From an uncultured Moraxellaceae bacterium (GTDB lineage: Bacteria > Pseudomonadota > Gammaproteobacteria > Pseudomonadales > Ketobacteraceae): 64,000 nucleotides of DNA. The stretch is taken from contig CAZBII010000005.1 in the NCBI GenBank assembly GCA_964491665.1, forward strand, positions 2,071-66,070, read 5' to 3'. Position numbers and translations under genes: made by a program. The notes under the pieces are model-generated. The model made no database searches. It had not been told where the DNA came from and saw only the letters and a list, made by a program, of their open reading frames with translations. Positions 46,619 to 56,544 of the stretch are shown piece by piece (the stretch's first letter is position 1; the number at the start of each line of letters is the position of its first letter).

Positions 46619-46764
46619 TGACTGTCGATCCTGTTGACACTCCCCGCTCATGTAACCCAAAAGTAATATTTATATTTATGATAAATAAGTACTTTTTGAT
46701 TTTGGCCCGTACATTGCTTTCAGACGCCCGCCCTGGCAAGGGATGTTACTCAGGAGTCGTACCC

Positions 46765-46926
46765 ATGAAAGCCATTTTTGTTGCCTTTTTCTGTGTTGTG
46801 TTCAGCAGCGCTGCCGTAGCCGTCAATCTGCAGGGCCACATGCCCAGCGGTGACAGCCTTGGTATGGCTCTGTTGCTGGCGGTCGGTGTGGTCTGTCTGG
46901 TGATTGCGCGCCGCAAGCCGTCCTGA
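46765..46926 (+). CDS. Small (53 aa) membrane/secreted protein
   Basis: AGGAG lies 8 nt upstream of ATG 46765. The N-terminus is signal-like (MKAIFVAFFCVVFSSAAVA). The C-terminal hydrophobic helix carries a basic tail (LLLAVGVVCLVIARRKPS). A strong hairpin follows directly. Confidence 0.45.
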   Translation: MKAIFVAFFCVVFSSAAVAVNLQGHMPSGDSLGMALLLAVGVVCLVIARRKPS

Positions 46927-46933
46927 CCGGCGG

Positions 46934-46970
46934 GAATGCAGGGAGTCCCCTGACAGGACACCCTGCATTC
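46934..46970 (+). terminator. Hairpin immediately downstream of the small ORF
   Basis: 10-bp perfect stem GAATGCAGGG (46934-46943) / CCCTGCATTC (46961-46970) with a 17-nt loop and no U-tract. Confidence 0.4.
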
Positions 46971-47000
46971 ACAAGCATCCGCGCAAGGCGGAATTCTTGA

Positions 47001-47906
<906 letters not shown>

Positions 47907-48027
47907 GCATGACCGGGGTATATCCCCGGTAGACATCCCGACCGCTTCCCGCTACAAAGGGCCCCTGTGGCCTTTTTTGTTGTCTGGCCGAATGTTGCCC
48001 CTGCCTCCGCCCACAAGGACTGCCCCC

Positions 48028-49764
48028 ATGCTGCGCCTGTTTCTGCTGCTCCTGCTGGTCATGGCCGGCCCGCTTCACGCCGGCACCACTGTCATCCAGC
48101 CGCCCCGTGACTTTGCCGTGGCCAGTGCCCATCCGCTGGCGACCGAGGCGGGTATCCGGATTCTGGAACAGGGCGGCAACGCCTTTGATGCGGCGGTCAC
48201 CGTGGCGGCGGTGCTGGGGGTGGTGGAGCCTTACAGCGCCGGCATCGGGGGCGGCGGTTTCTGGCTGCTGCACCGCGCCAGCGACGGCAAGACCCTGATG
48301 CTGGACGCGCGCGAAATGGCGCCGGGCGCCGCCACTGCGGACCTGTTCCTGGACGGCAAGGGCGGCGTGGACCGGGACAAGGCGACCAACTCGCCGCTCA
48401 GTGCCGGCATTCCCGGTCAGGCTGCCGCGCTGGACCATCTGGCCCGCCACTACGGCAAGCTGCCGCTAAAAACCACGCTGGCGCCCGCCATTGCCTTCGC
48501 GGAGCAGGGCTTTCCTTCCAATCCCGTCTACACCGCCCTGGCGGCCTTCCGCGCGCCGGTGCTGATGCAGAATCCCGACAGCGCCCGCATCTTTCTCGCC
48601 GATGGTCAGCCCCTGCAAACCGCCACTATCCGCCAGCCGGAACTGGCCACCACGCTGCGCGCTCTGGCCGAGCGCGGCTTCGACGGTTTCTACAAGGGTG
48701 AGGTGGCGCAGAAGCTGGTGGCCGGTGTGAAGGCCGGCGGTGGCATCTGGACCCTGGACGATCTGGCCGGCTACAAGCTGGTGGAGCGCGAGCCCATCCA
48801 TTTCCGATACCGCGATGCCGAGATCTGGTCGGCACCGCCGCCTTCGTCCGGTGGCGTCGCGCTGGGGGAAATGTTCGGCATGCTGCAGCAGTTCGATTAC
48901 GCCGGCAAAAACGCCGCTGACCGCACCCATCTGCTGATTGAAGTGATGCGCCGCGCCTACCGCGACCGGGCCGAGTATCTGGGTGATCCGGATTTCGTAA
49001 AAGTACCGGTGCCGAAGCTGCTGGACCCGCTCTATCTGGAAGACATTGCCGCCAGCATTTCCGGCAGCCATGCCACCCCCAGCAAGGATCTGCCGCCGGT
49101 GGCGCCGCCCTCGTCCGGCACGCACACCACGCATTTCTCCATTATCGACAAGGCCGGCAACCGCGTGTCCGCCACGCTGTCGATCAACCTGCCGTTCGGT
49201 TGCGGTTACACCGTGGCGGGTACCGGCGTGCTGCTCAACAACGAGATGGATGACTTCTCCGCCCAGCCGGGTTCGCCCAACGCCTATGGTCTGGTGGGGA
49301 CGGCGGCGAATGCGATTGCGCCGCACAAGCGTCCGCTCTCCAGCATGACGCCCACCTTCATGGAATACGGTCCGGCCGACAACCGCCAGCTGGCCATCAT
49401 CGGCACGCCCGGTGGCAGCCGCATCATCAGCATGGTATTCCTCGGCCTGCTGGAAGCGCTCGACGGCAAGAATCCGCAGGCCTGGGTGGACCGTCCCCGC
49501 TTCCACCATCAATACCTGCCTGACGTGGTGGAATACGAGCCGAAAGCGTTCACGCCGGAACTGGTGACGCAGCTGGAACAGAAAGGCCATCGCCTGCAGC
49601 AGACCGAGCGCACTTACGGCGACATGCACGTGGTGCGCTGGAGCCAGAAAAACGGTCTGGTGGAAGCGGCGTCGGACAAGCGCCGGCTGGGTGCCGCGCA
49701 AGTGGGCGCGATCCCTGCTGCGGATTCCGGCAAACGCACTTCAAAAAACGCAGCGGTGCACTAA
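48028..49764 (+). CDS. ggt: Gamma-glutamyltransferase
   Basis: AAGGA lies 8 nt upstream of ATG 48028. Signal peptide MLRLFLLLLLVMAGPLHA. The autoprocessing/nucleophile block is SSGTHTTHFSIID, and GTPGGSRI is present. Confidence 0.85.
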   Translation: MLRLFLLLLLVMAGPLHAGTTVIQPPRDFAVASAHPLATEAGIRILEQGGNAFDAAVTVAAVLGVVEPYSAGIGGGGFWLLHRASDGKTLMLDAREMAPGAATADLFLDGKGGVDRDKATNSPLSAGIPGQAAALDHLARHYGKLPLKTTLAPAIAFAEQGFPSNPVYTALAAFRAPVLMQNPDSARIFLADGQPLQTATIRQPELATTLRALAERGFDGFYKGEVAQKLVAGVKAGGGIWTLDDLAGYKLVEREPIHFRYRDAEIWSAPPPSSGGVALGEMFGMLQQFDYAGKNAADRTHLLIEVMRRAYRDRAEYLGDPDFVKVPVPKLLDPLYLEDIAASISGSHATPSKDLPPVAPPSSGTHTTHFSIIDKAGNRVSATLSINLPFGCGYTVAGTGVLLNNEMDDFSAQPGSPNAYGLVGTAANAIAPHKRPLSSMTPTFMEYGPADNRQLAIIGTPGGSRIISMVFLGLLEALDGKNPQAWVDRPRFHHQYLPDVVEYEPKAFTPELVTQLEQKGHRLQQTERTYGDMHVVRWSQKNGLVEAASDKRRLGAAQVGAIPAADSGKRTSKNAAVH

Positions 49765-49821
49765 TCTGTTGTTGTTCAGAAAAAAATAATTCCTCTTCAA
49801 TCAATCCTGCATGGAAGTTTC

Positions 49822-50931
49822 ATGACCGACGCGCTTTTTGATGTTCACCTGACCGGGCAACTGCAGTCCGGATCGGAGCAGTCCCGTGTAATCGAACAAC
49901 TCAGCCAGCTGCTGAAAACCTCGCCGGAGAAAGCGGCCAGCCTGGTGGGCGGAAAATCCACCCGCATCAAGGCCGGCGTGGATCTGGCCACGGCGCAGAA
50001 ATACCATGCGGCACTGGAAAAAACCGGTGCCAGCGCCGAGATCCAGCCAGTGATTACGCGCGCGGCAGCGCCGGCGGTGGTGGCAGAAACTCCTGCGCCA
50101 GCCAGCGCGCCGATGCAACTGGAACCGATGGCGGTTGCGGCACCGCAACCCGCCGCCGAAATGGAGCCGGTGTCTGCGGTGGAGCAGCACGCCTACCAGC
50201 CGCCGCAACAGCGCAACCTGTATTCCGGCGTTGCATACTGCCATCACTGCGGCGGTGAAATCCGTGCCAGCGCCAAGGTGTGTCCGCACTGCAACGGCGC
50301 CATTCCCCAGTTCGGTCGCAGCAAGAATGTCGCAGCGATTCTGGCGCTGCTGTTCACCGGCTCCATGGGTATTCACCGTTTCTATCTGGGCCAGTGGTGG
50401 GGCATCTTTTACCTTCTCTTCAGCTGGACACTGATTCCCAGCCTGGTGTCCCTCATAGAGTCCATCGTCTTTCTGGTGGCCAGCGACGACAAGTGGAACG
50501 AAAAATATGGCAGCAAGCCGGCCAGCAATGTGCTGATCTGGATAATCCCGGCACTGTTCGTGTTTATCTTCCTGATTGGCATTCTGGCGGCCATTGCCAT
50601 CCCGGCGTATCAGGACTACACGATGCGCGCGAAGGTGATGCAGACGTTGCAGGAGGCCGAAGCGGTGGAACTGCAGGTGGTACAATATATGGCAGAAGTG
50701 GCGGCCACTCCTGCCGATGGCGCGGCGCCGGAAATCCAGAGCACGGGTGAACTCACCCATGCCAGTTACAGCATCAGCGCGACTGGCGTGATCGAGCTGA
50801 CCCTGCACAGCGCCGCGCAGGAACCGCCGACGATTCTGCTCATGCCGGTGCAGAGTAAAGGTGTTGTGCAGTGGGACTGCACGGGTGGCACCCTGCCACC
50901 GCAGCAACGCCCCGAGCGCTGTCGCCCCTAG
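49822..50931 (+). CDS. Chimeric membrane protein: soluble N-domain + zinc ribbon + TM2 domain + type IV pilin-like head
   Basis: Zinc ribbon CHHCGGEIRASAKVCPHC. TM2 motif GIHRFYLGQWWGIFYLLF. The pilin-like helix is IGILAAIAIPAYQDYTMRAKV, and the C-terminal disulfide loop is WDCTGGTLPPQQRPERC. No G/FTLIE prepilin leader is present. Confidence 0.6.
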   Translation: MTDALFDVHLTGQLQSGSEQSRVIEQLSQLLKTSPEKAASLVGGKSTRIKAGVDLATAQKYHAALEKTGASAEIQPVITRAAAPAVVAETPAPASAPMQLEPMAVAAPQPAAEMEPVSAVEQHAYQPPQQRNLYSGVAYCHHCGGEIRASAKVCPHCNGAIPQFGRSKNVAAILALLFTGSMGIHRFYLGQWWGIFYLLFSWTLIPSLVSLIESIVFLVASDDKWNEKYGSKPASNVLIWIIPALFVFIFLIGILAAIAIPAYQDYTMRAKVMQTLQEAEAVELQVVQYMAEVAATPADGAAPEIQSTGELTHASYSISATGVIELTLHSAAQEPPTILLMPVQSKGVVQWDCTGGTLPPQQRPERCRP

Positions 50932-50966
50932 TCCACGGGCAGCCCGTGGAAGTGTGACCACAAAAA

Positions 50967-50998
50967 AGCCCCGGCTGCAAAACCGGGGCTTTCGTTAT
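50967..50998. terminator. Bidirectional rho-independent terminator
   Basis: 8-bp stem AGCCCCGG (50967-50974) / CCGGGGCT (50983-50990), flanked by AAAAAA upstream and TTCGTTATT downstream, between convergent genes. Confidence 0.8.
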
Positions 50999-51048
50999 TC
51001 GGATGGAGAGTTCGATGCGGCGGCGGTGGTGATGCCGGTCGCGCGGTG

Positions 51049-51378
51049 TTACTGCTGTTCTGCCGACTCCATGTGCTTCTCTGAGCAGCCCAGGCAGCGC
51101 ATGAAGGTAGCCTTGAACGGGGTCACCACCAGTGTCTTGCCGGCTTCACCGGCATTGCCCCCCAGCGCGGAGAACGGCAGCGACACCACATACACCGCAG
51201 TGCCCAGCACGGTGGCCACCAGCATAAGCGGACGCACCAGCACCGCATCGGCGGTCATTTCCATGCCCGACGGACGTTCTGTCACGGTCTGGGCATTTGA
51301 AATCGCAGGCGCGGCAGCAAACGCGGCCATGGCCAGTGCCAGCGTGGCGGATTTCAGAGACTGTTTCATGCTGCGCAT
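51049..51378 (-). CDS. Small exported protein of unknown function
   Basis: AGAGGAA lies upstream of ATG 51378. Signal peptide ...LALAMAAFAAAPAISNA, followed by the hydrophobic segment VLVRPLMLVATVLGTAVYVVSLPFSALGG. Confidence 0.45.
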   Translation of the reverse strand: MRSMKQSLKSATLALAMAAFAAAPAISNAQTVTERPSGMEMTADAVLVRPLMLVATVLGTAVYVVSLPFSALGGNAGEAGKTLVVTPFKATFMRCLGCSEKHMESAEQQ

Positions 51379-51546
51379 AATGATTCCTCTTTATTATTTT
51401 CCCGTAGGGTTCCCGCTGAATGATTCAATTCAGTGTATTCCCTAATTCGCAAGTGATCCACTTGGCGCCGGCCGGAAGCCGCGACTTCCGGTGATTTTCG
51501 GCACTGGATCGCATTTTGCCTGCCCGCACGTTGCGGCATTGTTTAT

Positions 51547-52359
51547 TCAAGTCTGGCAGGTTTTGCAGAAAACGGTAGCCCGCTGCCCCAGGCGGATTTC
51601 GGTCAACGGCGTCTGGCAGGTGCGGCAGGGTTCTCCGCCGCGACCATACACCCGCAGCGTCTGCTGGAAGTAGCCGGGCTTGCCGTCGCCGCCGACAAAG
51701 TCCCGCAGCGTGGTGCCGCCCATTTCGATCGAGTCCGCCAGTACGGTTTTCACCGCCTGCACCAGTTTTTCATAGCGGGCCGCGCTGACCTTGCCTGCGG
51801 CCCGTTTCGGGTGAATCCCTGCCATGAACAGCGCCTCGTTGGCGTAGATGTTACCCACGCCCACCACGACGTGGCTGTCCATCAGAAAGGTTTTGACCGG
51901 GCCTTTGCGACCGGCGGCCCGCGCTGCCATGTAGTCTGCATCGAATGCATCGGTAAGGGGTTCCGGCCCCAGTTCCGCCAGCAGCGGGTGTTGCAGCGGA
52001 TCGGCGGTGGTCCACAGCCAGCAGCCGAAGCGGCGCGGATCGCAGTAGCGCAGGCAGGTGCCGTCGCTGCAGACCAGATCGACATGGTCGTGAAACAGGG
52101 GCGGCTCATCCGGTGCCGTGATGCGCAGGCTGCCGGACATGCCCAGATGAATGATCAGTGTGCCATTGGTAAAGCGCAGCAGCAGGTATTTGCCGCGCCG
52201 CTCCACGGATTGCAGCTTGCGGCCCTCGGCGGCATGAATGTCCGCCGGCACCGGCCAGCGCAGGCGCGGCTCACGCACGATGATCCGCTTGATCTTTTTG
52301 CCGGTGATGTGCGGCGCAATGCCACGGCGGGTGGTTTCGACTTCCGGTAATTCAGGCAT
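51547..52359 (-). CDS. mutM: Formamidopyrimidine-DNA glycosylase
   Basis: N-terminal [13 protein letters not shown]. The C-terminal zinc finger is CRTCQTPL...VFCKTCQ. 270 aa. Confidence 0.9.
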   Translation of the reverse strand: MPELPEVETTRRGIAPHITGKKIKRIIVREPRLRWPVPADIHAAEGRKLQSVERRGKYLLLRFTNGTLIIHLGMSGSLRITAPDEPPLFHDHVDLVCSDGTCLRYCDPRRFGCWLWTTADPLQHPLLAELGPEPLTDAFDADYMAARAAGRKGPVKTFLMDSHVVVGVGNIYANEALFMAGIHPKRAAGKVSAARYEKLVQAVKTVLADSIEMGGTTLRDFVGGDGKPGYFQQTLRVYGRGGEPCRTCQTPLTEIRLGQRATVFCKTCQT

Positions 52360-52435
52360 GGGGTTTCACGCGGTTGGACAACGAAACGCCCATTATTGGG
52401 AATTGCCCGCCAACATGGAATCGCCGGCGGGGAAA

Positions 52436-53653
52436 TCAGCTCTTGGAGAACATGGCGTGCTGCGTGACGTCCGCCCAGGCCAGGCTTTCCAGATAGATGT
52501 TCCAGAGACTGTCCTGGGTTATGCCGGTCAGGATGGATTCCTCGAAACGGCCGCCCTCATAAGCGGATACGACTTTCAGCACCTGGCCGATGTCGCCGCC
52601 GCCGGTTACCAGCGCCAGCTCCAGTTCAGCGGACAGGGGCATCTGCGACACAATATCTTCCAGCTTGCGGTCCAGCAGTGCATCCAGCAGCGACAGCAAT
52701 CCCGCCGTGAAATAGCTGCCGGGGTTCTGCCGCTTCAGCTGTTTGGCCACCAGTTCGCACATCTTGGCCCTGACGATCGCCGTCACCAGCAGTTCGTTGG
52801 GCTTGTTGTCCACGCTCGACAGCGCCAGCATGCTGGCCCAGCGCCGCAGCTCGTAGGAGCCCAGAATCACGATGGTGTCCTCCACCGTTTTCACCGTGCG
52901 CGACAGGCCGAACGACGCCGAATTCACCACCCGCATCAGCTTGTAGGACAGGCGCGGGTCCTGGCTGATGATGTGGGCCACCCGTTCCACTTCGTAATCG
53001 TCCTTGCCCAATTCCCCCAGCAGCGACAGGATCACCTGATGCGAGGCCGGCACTGCGCTGCCTGCCATCACATGGGGCCGGCACAGAAAGTAGCCCTGAA
53101 AATAGTCGAAGCCGAGCGCCTTGTAGAGTTCAAATTCCTCGTGGGTTTCCACCTTCTCCGCCACCAGCTTGCCCTTGGTGTTGCCGCACAGACGGATGCG
53201 GGCCAGCTGCTCCTTCACCCGCTCCACCCCCAGCGCCATCACGTCCAGCTTGATGAAGCTGGCCACGGCAATCAACGGCTTCCAGGCATCGGAATAGACA
53301 AAGTCGTCGAGTGCGATGCGGTAGCCCAGCGCCACCAGATTCTTCACTTCCTGAATCACCTGGCTGTCCACGATGACATCTTCCAGCACTTCCGGAATCA
53401 GCAGCTTCTGCAAACCCTTGGGCAGTTCACCGCGCACCAGGATCTGGTGGGGAATGTTGACCAGCGCCGGCTTGCCGCTGGTGATCTTCTCCAGCCCGAT
53501 TTCGGAAAAGGCATTCACCAGCACCTGCATCGATGCCTTGCTGGGGTCGTCGATGATGGCGGAAGTGACATTCGCGCCGCGGAATAACAGCTCGTAGGCG
53601 ATCGCATTGAGCTGGCGATCAAACACGGGTTGCCGCGCGAGAAATATGTCCAT
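52436..53653 (-). CDS. EAL + HDOD domain protein
   Basis: MDIFLARQPVFDRQLNAIAYELLFRG is the variant EAL start typical of this architecture. The HDOD-like C-terminal half includes VAHIISQDPRLSYKLMRVVNSASFG. Confidence 0.75.
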   Translation of the reverse strand: MDIFLARQPVFDRQLNAIAYELLFRGANVTSAIIDDPSKASMQVLVNAFSEIGLEKITSGKPALVNIPHQILVRGELPKGLQKLLIPEVLEDVIVDSQVIQEVKNLVALGYRIALDDFVYSDAWKPLIAVASFIKLDVMALGVERVKEQLARIRLCGNTKGKLVAEKVETHEEFELYKALGFDYFQGYFLCRPHVMAGSAVPASHQVILSLLGELGKDDYEVERVAHIISQDPRLSYKLMRVVNSASFGLSRTVKTVEDTIVILGSYELRRWASMLALSSVDNKPNELLVTAIVRAKMCELVAKQLKRQNPGSYFTAGLLSLLDALLDRKLEDIVSQMPLSAELELALVTGGGDIGQVLKVVSAYEGGRFEESILTGITQDSLWNIYLESLAWADVTQHAMFSKS

Positions 53654-53785
53654 GGGGAGTGTGTCCGGAATGATAGAACAACAGGTCTTGTTTCAAGTGT
53701 GGCAGAAAAAAGCGGAACAACAATGCGGGGAGAGGGTGTATTTGTGCCGCAATGGGGCAGGGTCGCGCAGATCGGTCGTAGCGGC

Positions 53786-53824
53786 AAAACGCAAAAAGCC
53801 GGATGGACTTGCGTCGATCCGGCT
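53786..53824 (-). terminator. Rho-independent terminator of rpmBG
   Basis: On the minus strand the stem is AGCCGGAT (53824-53817) / ATCCGGCT (53804-53797), followed by TTTTTGCGTTTT. Confidence 0.8.
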
Positions 53825-53847
53825 TGCTGGAAAACCTGTCAGATCAA

Positions 53848-54003
53848 TTACTTGATCTTGGCTTCCTTGAACAGTACGTGCTGACGAACAACGGGATCAA
53901 ATTTCTTGATCTCCATTTTCTCAGGCATGGTGCGCTTGTTCTTGGTGGTGGTGTAGAAGTAACCGGTGCCGGCGGTGGAAACCAGCTTGATCTTGTCACG
54001 CAT
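53848..54003 (-). CDS. rpmG: 50S ribosomal protein L33
   Basis: Not in the ORF track (51 aa). The manual translation is [51 protein letters not shown]. Confidence 0.9.
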   Translation of the reverse strand: MRDKIKLVSTAGTGYFYTTTKNKRTMPEKMEIKKFDPVVRQHVLFKEAKIK

Positions 54004-54014
54004 GGGTCAATTCC

Positions 54015-54251
54015 TCAGACTTTTTCGCCACGGGCGCGGATGTCGGCCAGAACCTGGTCGATACCCAGCTTGTCGATGATCCGCATACCTTTGGAAGATA
54101 CACGCAGTTTCACGAAGCGCTTTTCGTTTTCAACCCAGAAACGGTGATGGTGCAGGTTGGGTTCAAAACGGCGCTTGGTTTTGTTGTTCGCGTGAGAAAC
54201 ATTGTTTCCGACGATCGGACGCTTGCCGGTAACCTGACAAACCTTAGCCAT
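54015..54251 (-). CDS. rpmB: 50S ribosomal protein L28
   Basis: Start re-picked at ATG 54251 (GGAG upstream), giving [29 protein letters not shown]... 78 aa. Confidence 0.9.
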   Translation of the reverse strand: MAKVCQVTGKRPIVGNNVSHANNKTKRRFEPNLHHHRFWVENEKRFVKLRVSSKGMRIIDKLGIDQVLADIRARGEKV

Positions 54252-54389
54252 TGCCTTTTCTCCAGATGGGCCGCGCCACGACCGGCACAACCGTCAATAC
54301 AATTCAGTGAGACTCTACCCGAGAGGGGCTGCTTTATACCAAAAGCCAACTGGCAAGGCAAGCAGCAACCCCTGCGGGCGGCGAAATCC

Positions 54390-55064
54390 CTAGAGCAGCC
54401 CCCGTTCGGCCAGAGACACTACTTCCGTGTCGCCCACCACCAGATGGTCGAGTACGCGCACGTCCACCAGATCCAGCGCCTGCTGCAGGCGGCGGGTGAT
54501 GTGCTGGTCGGCCTGGCTGGGCTCGGCCACGCCGGAGGGGTGGTTGTGGGCAAAGATGACAGCGGCTGCGTTGTGTGCAAGTACCCGCTTCACTACTTCG
54601 CGCGGATACACCGAGGCGCCGTCGATGGTGCCGGTGAACAGTTCCTCGAAGCGGATCAGGCGGTTCTGGTTGTCCAGAAACAGACAGGCAAAGACTTCGT
54701 GGTGATAGCCGCGCAGGCGGGCTCGCAGGTACTGGCGGGTGGCGGCCGGACTGGTGAAGGCGTCGCTGCGGTCGAGGGTGGTTTCCAGATAGCGTTTGCC
54801 CAGTTCCAGACAGGCCTGCAGCTGCACCCATTTCGCCGGCCCCATGCCTTTGACTTCCTCGAAGCGCTCGGGGGTGGCGTCCATGACGCCGCGCAGGCCG
54901 TCGAAATGCTGTAGCAGGTCGCGGGCCAGTTCCACCGCGCTTTTACCCTGGATGCCGGTGCGCAGAAAGATCGCCAGCAGTTCGCTGTCGGACAGGCTGG
55001 CGCCGCCCCGCTGCAGCAGTTTTTCCCGTGGCCGTTCGTCGACAGGCCAGTCCGTGATTGCCAT
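54390..55064 (-). CDS. radC: RadC-family JAB-domain protein
   Basis: The N-terminus is [29 protein letters not shown]. The JAMM-like block is [16 protein letters not shown]. Confidence 0.85.
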   Translation of the reverse strand: MAITDWPVDERPREKLLQRGGASLSDSELLAIFLRTGIQGKSAVELARDLLQHFDGLRGVMDATPERFEEVKGMGPAKWVQLQACLELGKRYLETTLDRSDAFTSPAATRQYLRARLRGYHHEVFACLFLDNQNRLIRFEELFTGTIDGASVYPREVVKRVLAHNAAAVIFAHNHPSGVAEPSQADQHITRRLQQALDLVDVRVLDHLVVGDTEVVSLAERGLL

Positions 55065-55272
55065 GTTGTTGCCTCCCTTGGGTGTCTATAGAAATGGATG
55101 TATTCCTATCAATAGACAGGGCGGGGAAAAAGGAATCTGGCGCTTTCCAATTCGGACAGGGGGTCTTATAGTCGCTGGCATTGTCAAAATGCCGGCATAG
55201 AATTGAAGATGCCGGGCAAAATCAGGCAACTGGCGTTCATTCTGCAGTGTTCCAGAGACGGACTTTGAATCT

Positions 55273-56475
55273 ATGTTGAGACTGGCCAATCGCCGCATCA
55301 TCGTCGGCGTTACCGGCGGCATCGCGGCTTACAAGAGTGCGGAGCTGATCCGCCGGCTGAAGGATCAGGGTGCGGAGGTGCGGGCGGTGATGACGGCCGC
55401 CGCGCAGGAGTTCATTACCCCGCTGACATTGCAGGCGCTGTCCGGCAATCCGGTGCATACAACCCTGCTGGACACCGAGGCGGAAGCCGCCATGGGCCAT
55501 ATCGAGCTGGCGCGCTGGGGTGACCTGATCCTGATTGCGCCCGCCAGCGCCGATTTCATCGCCCGCCTTGCCCACGGCCACGGCAATGACCTGCTCACTA
55601 CTCTGTGTCTGGCGGCGCGTTGTCCGATTGCGGTGGCACCGGCCATGAACCAGGCCATGTGGGCCTCGTCCGCCAATCAGGCCAACATTGCGCACCTGAA
55701 GGATCGCGGCATTCATGTTTTCGGTCCGGCGGAAGGTTCCCAGGCCTGCGGCGATGTGGGCCCCGGCCGCATGCTGGAGGCCACCCAGCTGGCGGACATG
55801 GCGGCCGACCTGTTCCCCTCGAATATCCTCACCGGCAAGCGCGTGGTGATCACCGCCGGCCCCACCCGTGAGGCCATCGATCCGGTGCGCTTCATCAGCA
55901 ATCACAGCTCCGGCAAGATGGGGTTTGCCCTGGCGGAAGCGGCGCGCGATGCCGGTGCCCAGGTGACCCTGATCAGCGGGCCCGTCAACCTGGCCACGCC
56001 GGACCGGGTGCGGCGGGTGGATGTGGTCAGCGCGCAGGACATGCTGCAGGCGGCGCTGGAGCTGGCCGGCCAGACCGACATCTTTATCGCAACCGCAGCA
56101 GTAGCCGATTTCCGCCCGCAAAATTCACCGGATCACAAGATCAAGAAACAGGATAATGCCGGCGTCATGACCCTGACCCTGGTGGAAAATCCCGACATCG
56201 TGGCCACCATTGCCCGCCAGCAGCCCAAGCCCTTCACGGTGGGCTTTGCGGCGGAAACCCGCGATGTGGTGAATTACGCCCGCCAGAAGATCGCCCGCAA
56301 GAATCTGGACATGATCGTGGCCAATGATGTGAGCCGCAGCGATATCGGCTTCAACAGTGACGAAAACGCCGTCACGGTGCTCTGGCCTGACGGGCAGCAG
56401 GCACTGGCGCTGGCCAGCAAGCACCAGATTGCGCGCGATATCATCAGCCTCATCGGTCAGCGGGTTAACTGCTAG
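55273..56475 (+). CDS. coaBC: Bifunctional phosphopantothenoylcysteine decarboxylase / synthetase
   Basis: IIVGVTGGIAAYKSAELIRRL, PAMN and FISNHSSGKMG are present. 400 aa. Confidence 0.9.
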   Translation: MLRLANRRIIVGVTGGIAAYKSAELIRRLKDQGAEVRAVMTAAAQEFITPLTLQALSGNPVHTTLLDTEAEAAMGHIELARWGDLILIAPASADFIARLAHGHGNDLLTTLCLAARCPIAVAPAMNQAMWASSANQANIAHLKDRGIHVFGPAEGSQACGDVGPGRMLEATQLADMAADLFPSNILTGKRVVITAGPTREAIDPVRFISNHSSGKMGFALAEAARDAGAQVTLISGPVNLATPDRVRRVDVVSAQDMLQAALELAGQTDIFIATAAVADFRPQNSPDHKIKKQDNAGVMTLTLVENPDIVATIARQQPKPFTVGFAAETRDVVNYARQKIARKNLDMIVANDVSRSDIGFNSDENAVTVLWPDGQQALALASKHQIARDIISLIGQRVNC

Positions 56476-56478
56476 TCT
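56470..56478 (+). promoter_or_regulatory. TGCTAGTCT element (variant of the CTGCTAGACTT motif)
   Basis: ACTGCTAGTCTT overlaps the coaBC stop codon and lies 66 nt upstream of ATG 56545. Confidence 0.25.
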
Positions 56479-56544
56479 TAAATGAATGCCAAAACCGGGG
56501 CCGCGCCTGTGTGACCCCGCGCTACTTCAGTAAAGGAAATACGC

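Noticed and set aside
47912-47930. 7-bp hairpin ACCGGGG-TATAT-CCCCGGT after the ferredoxin gene, considered as a terminator.
   Set aside because: The stem is short with no U-tract. It may attenuate read-through into ggt, but the evidence is too weak to annotate.
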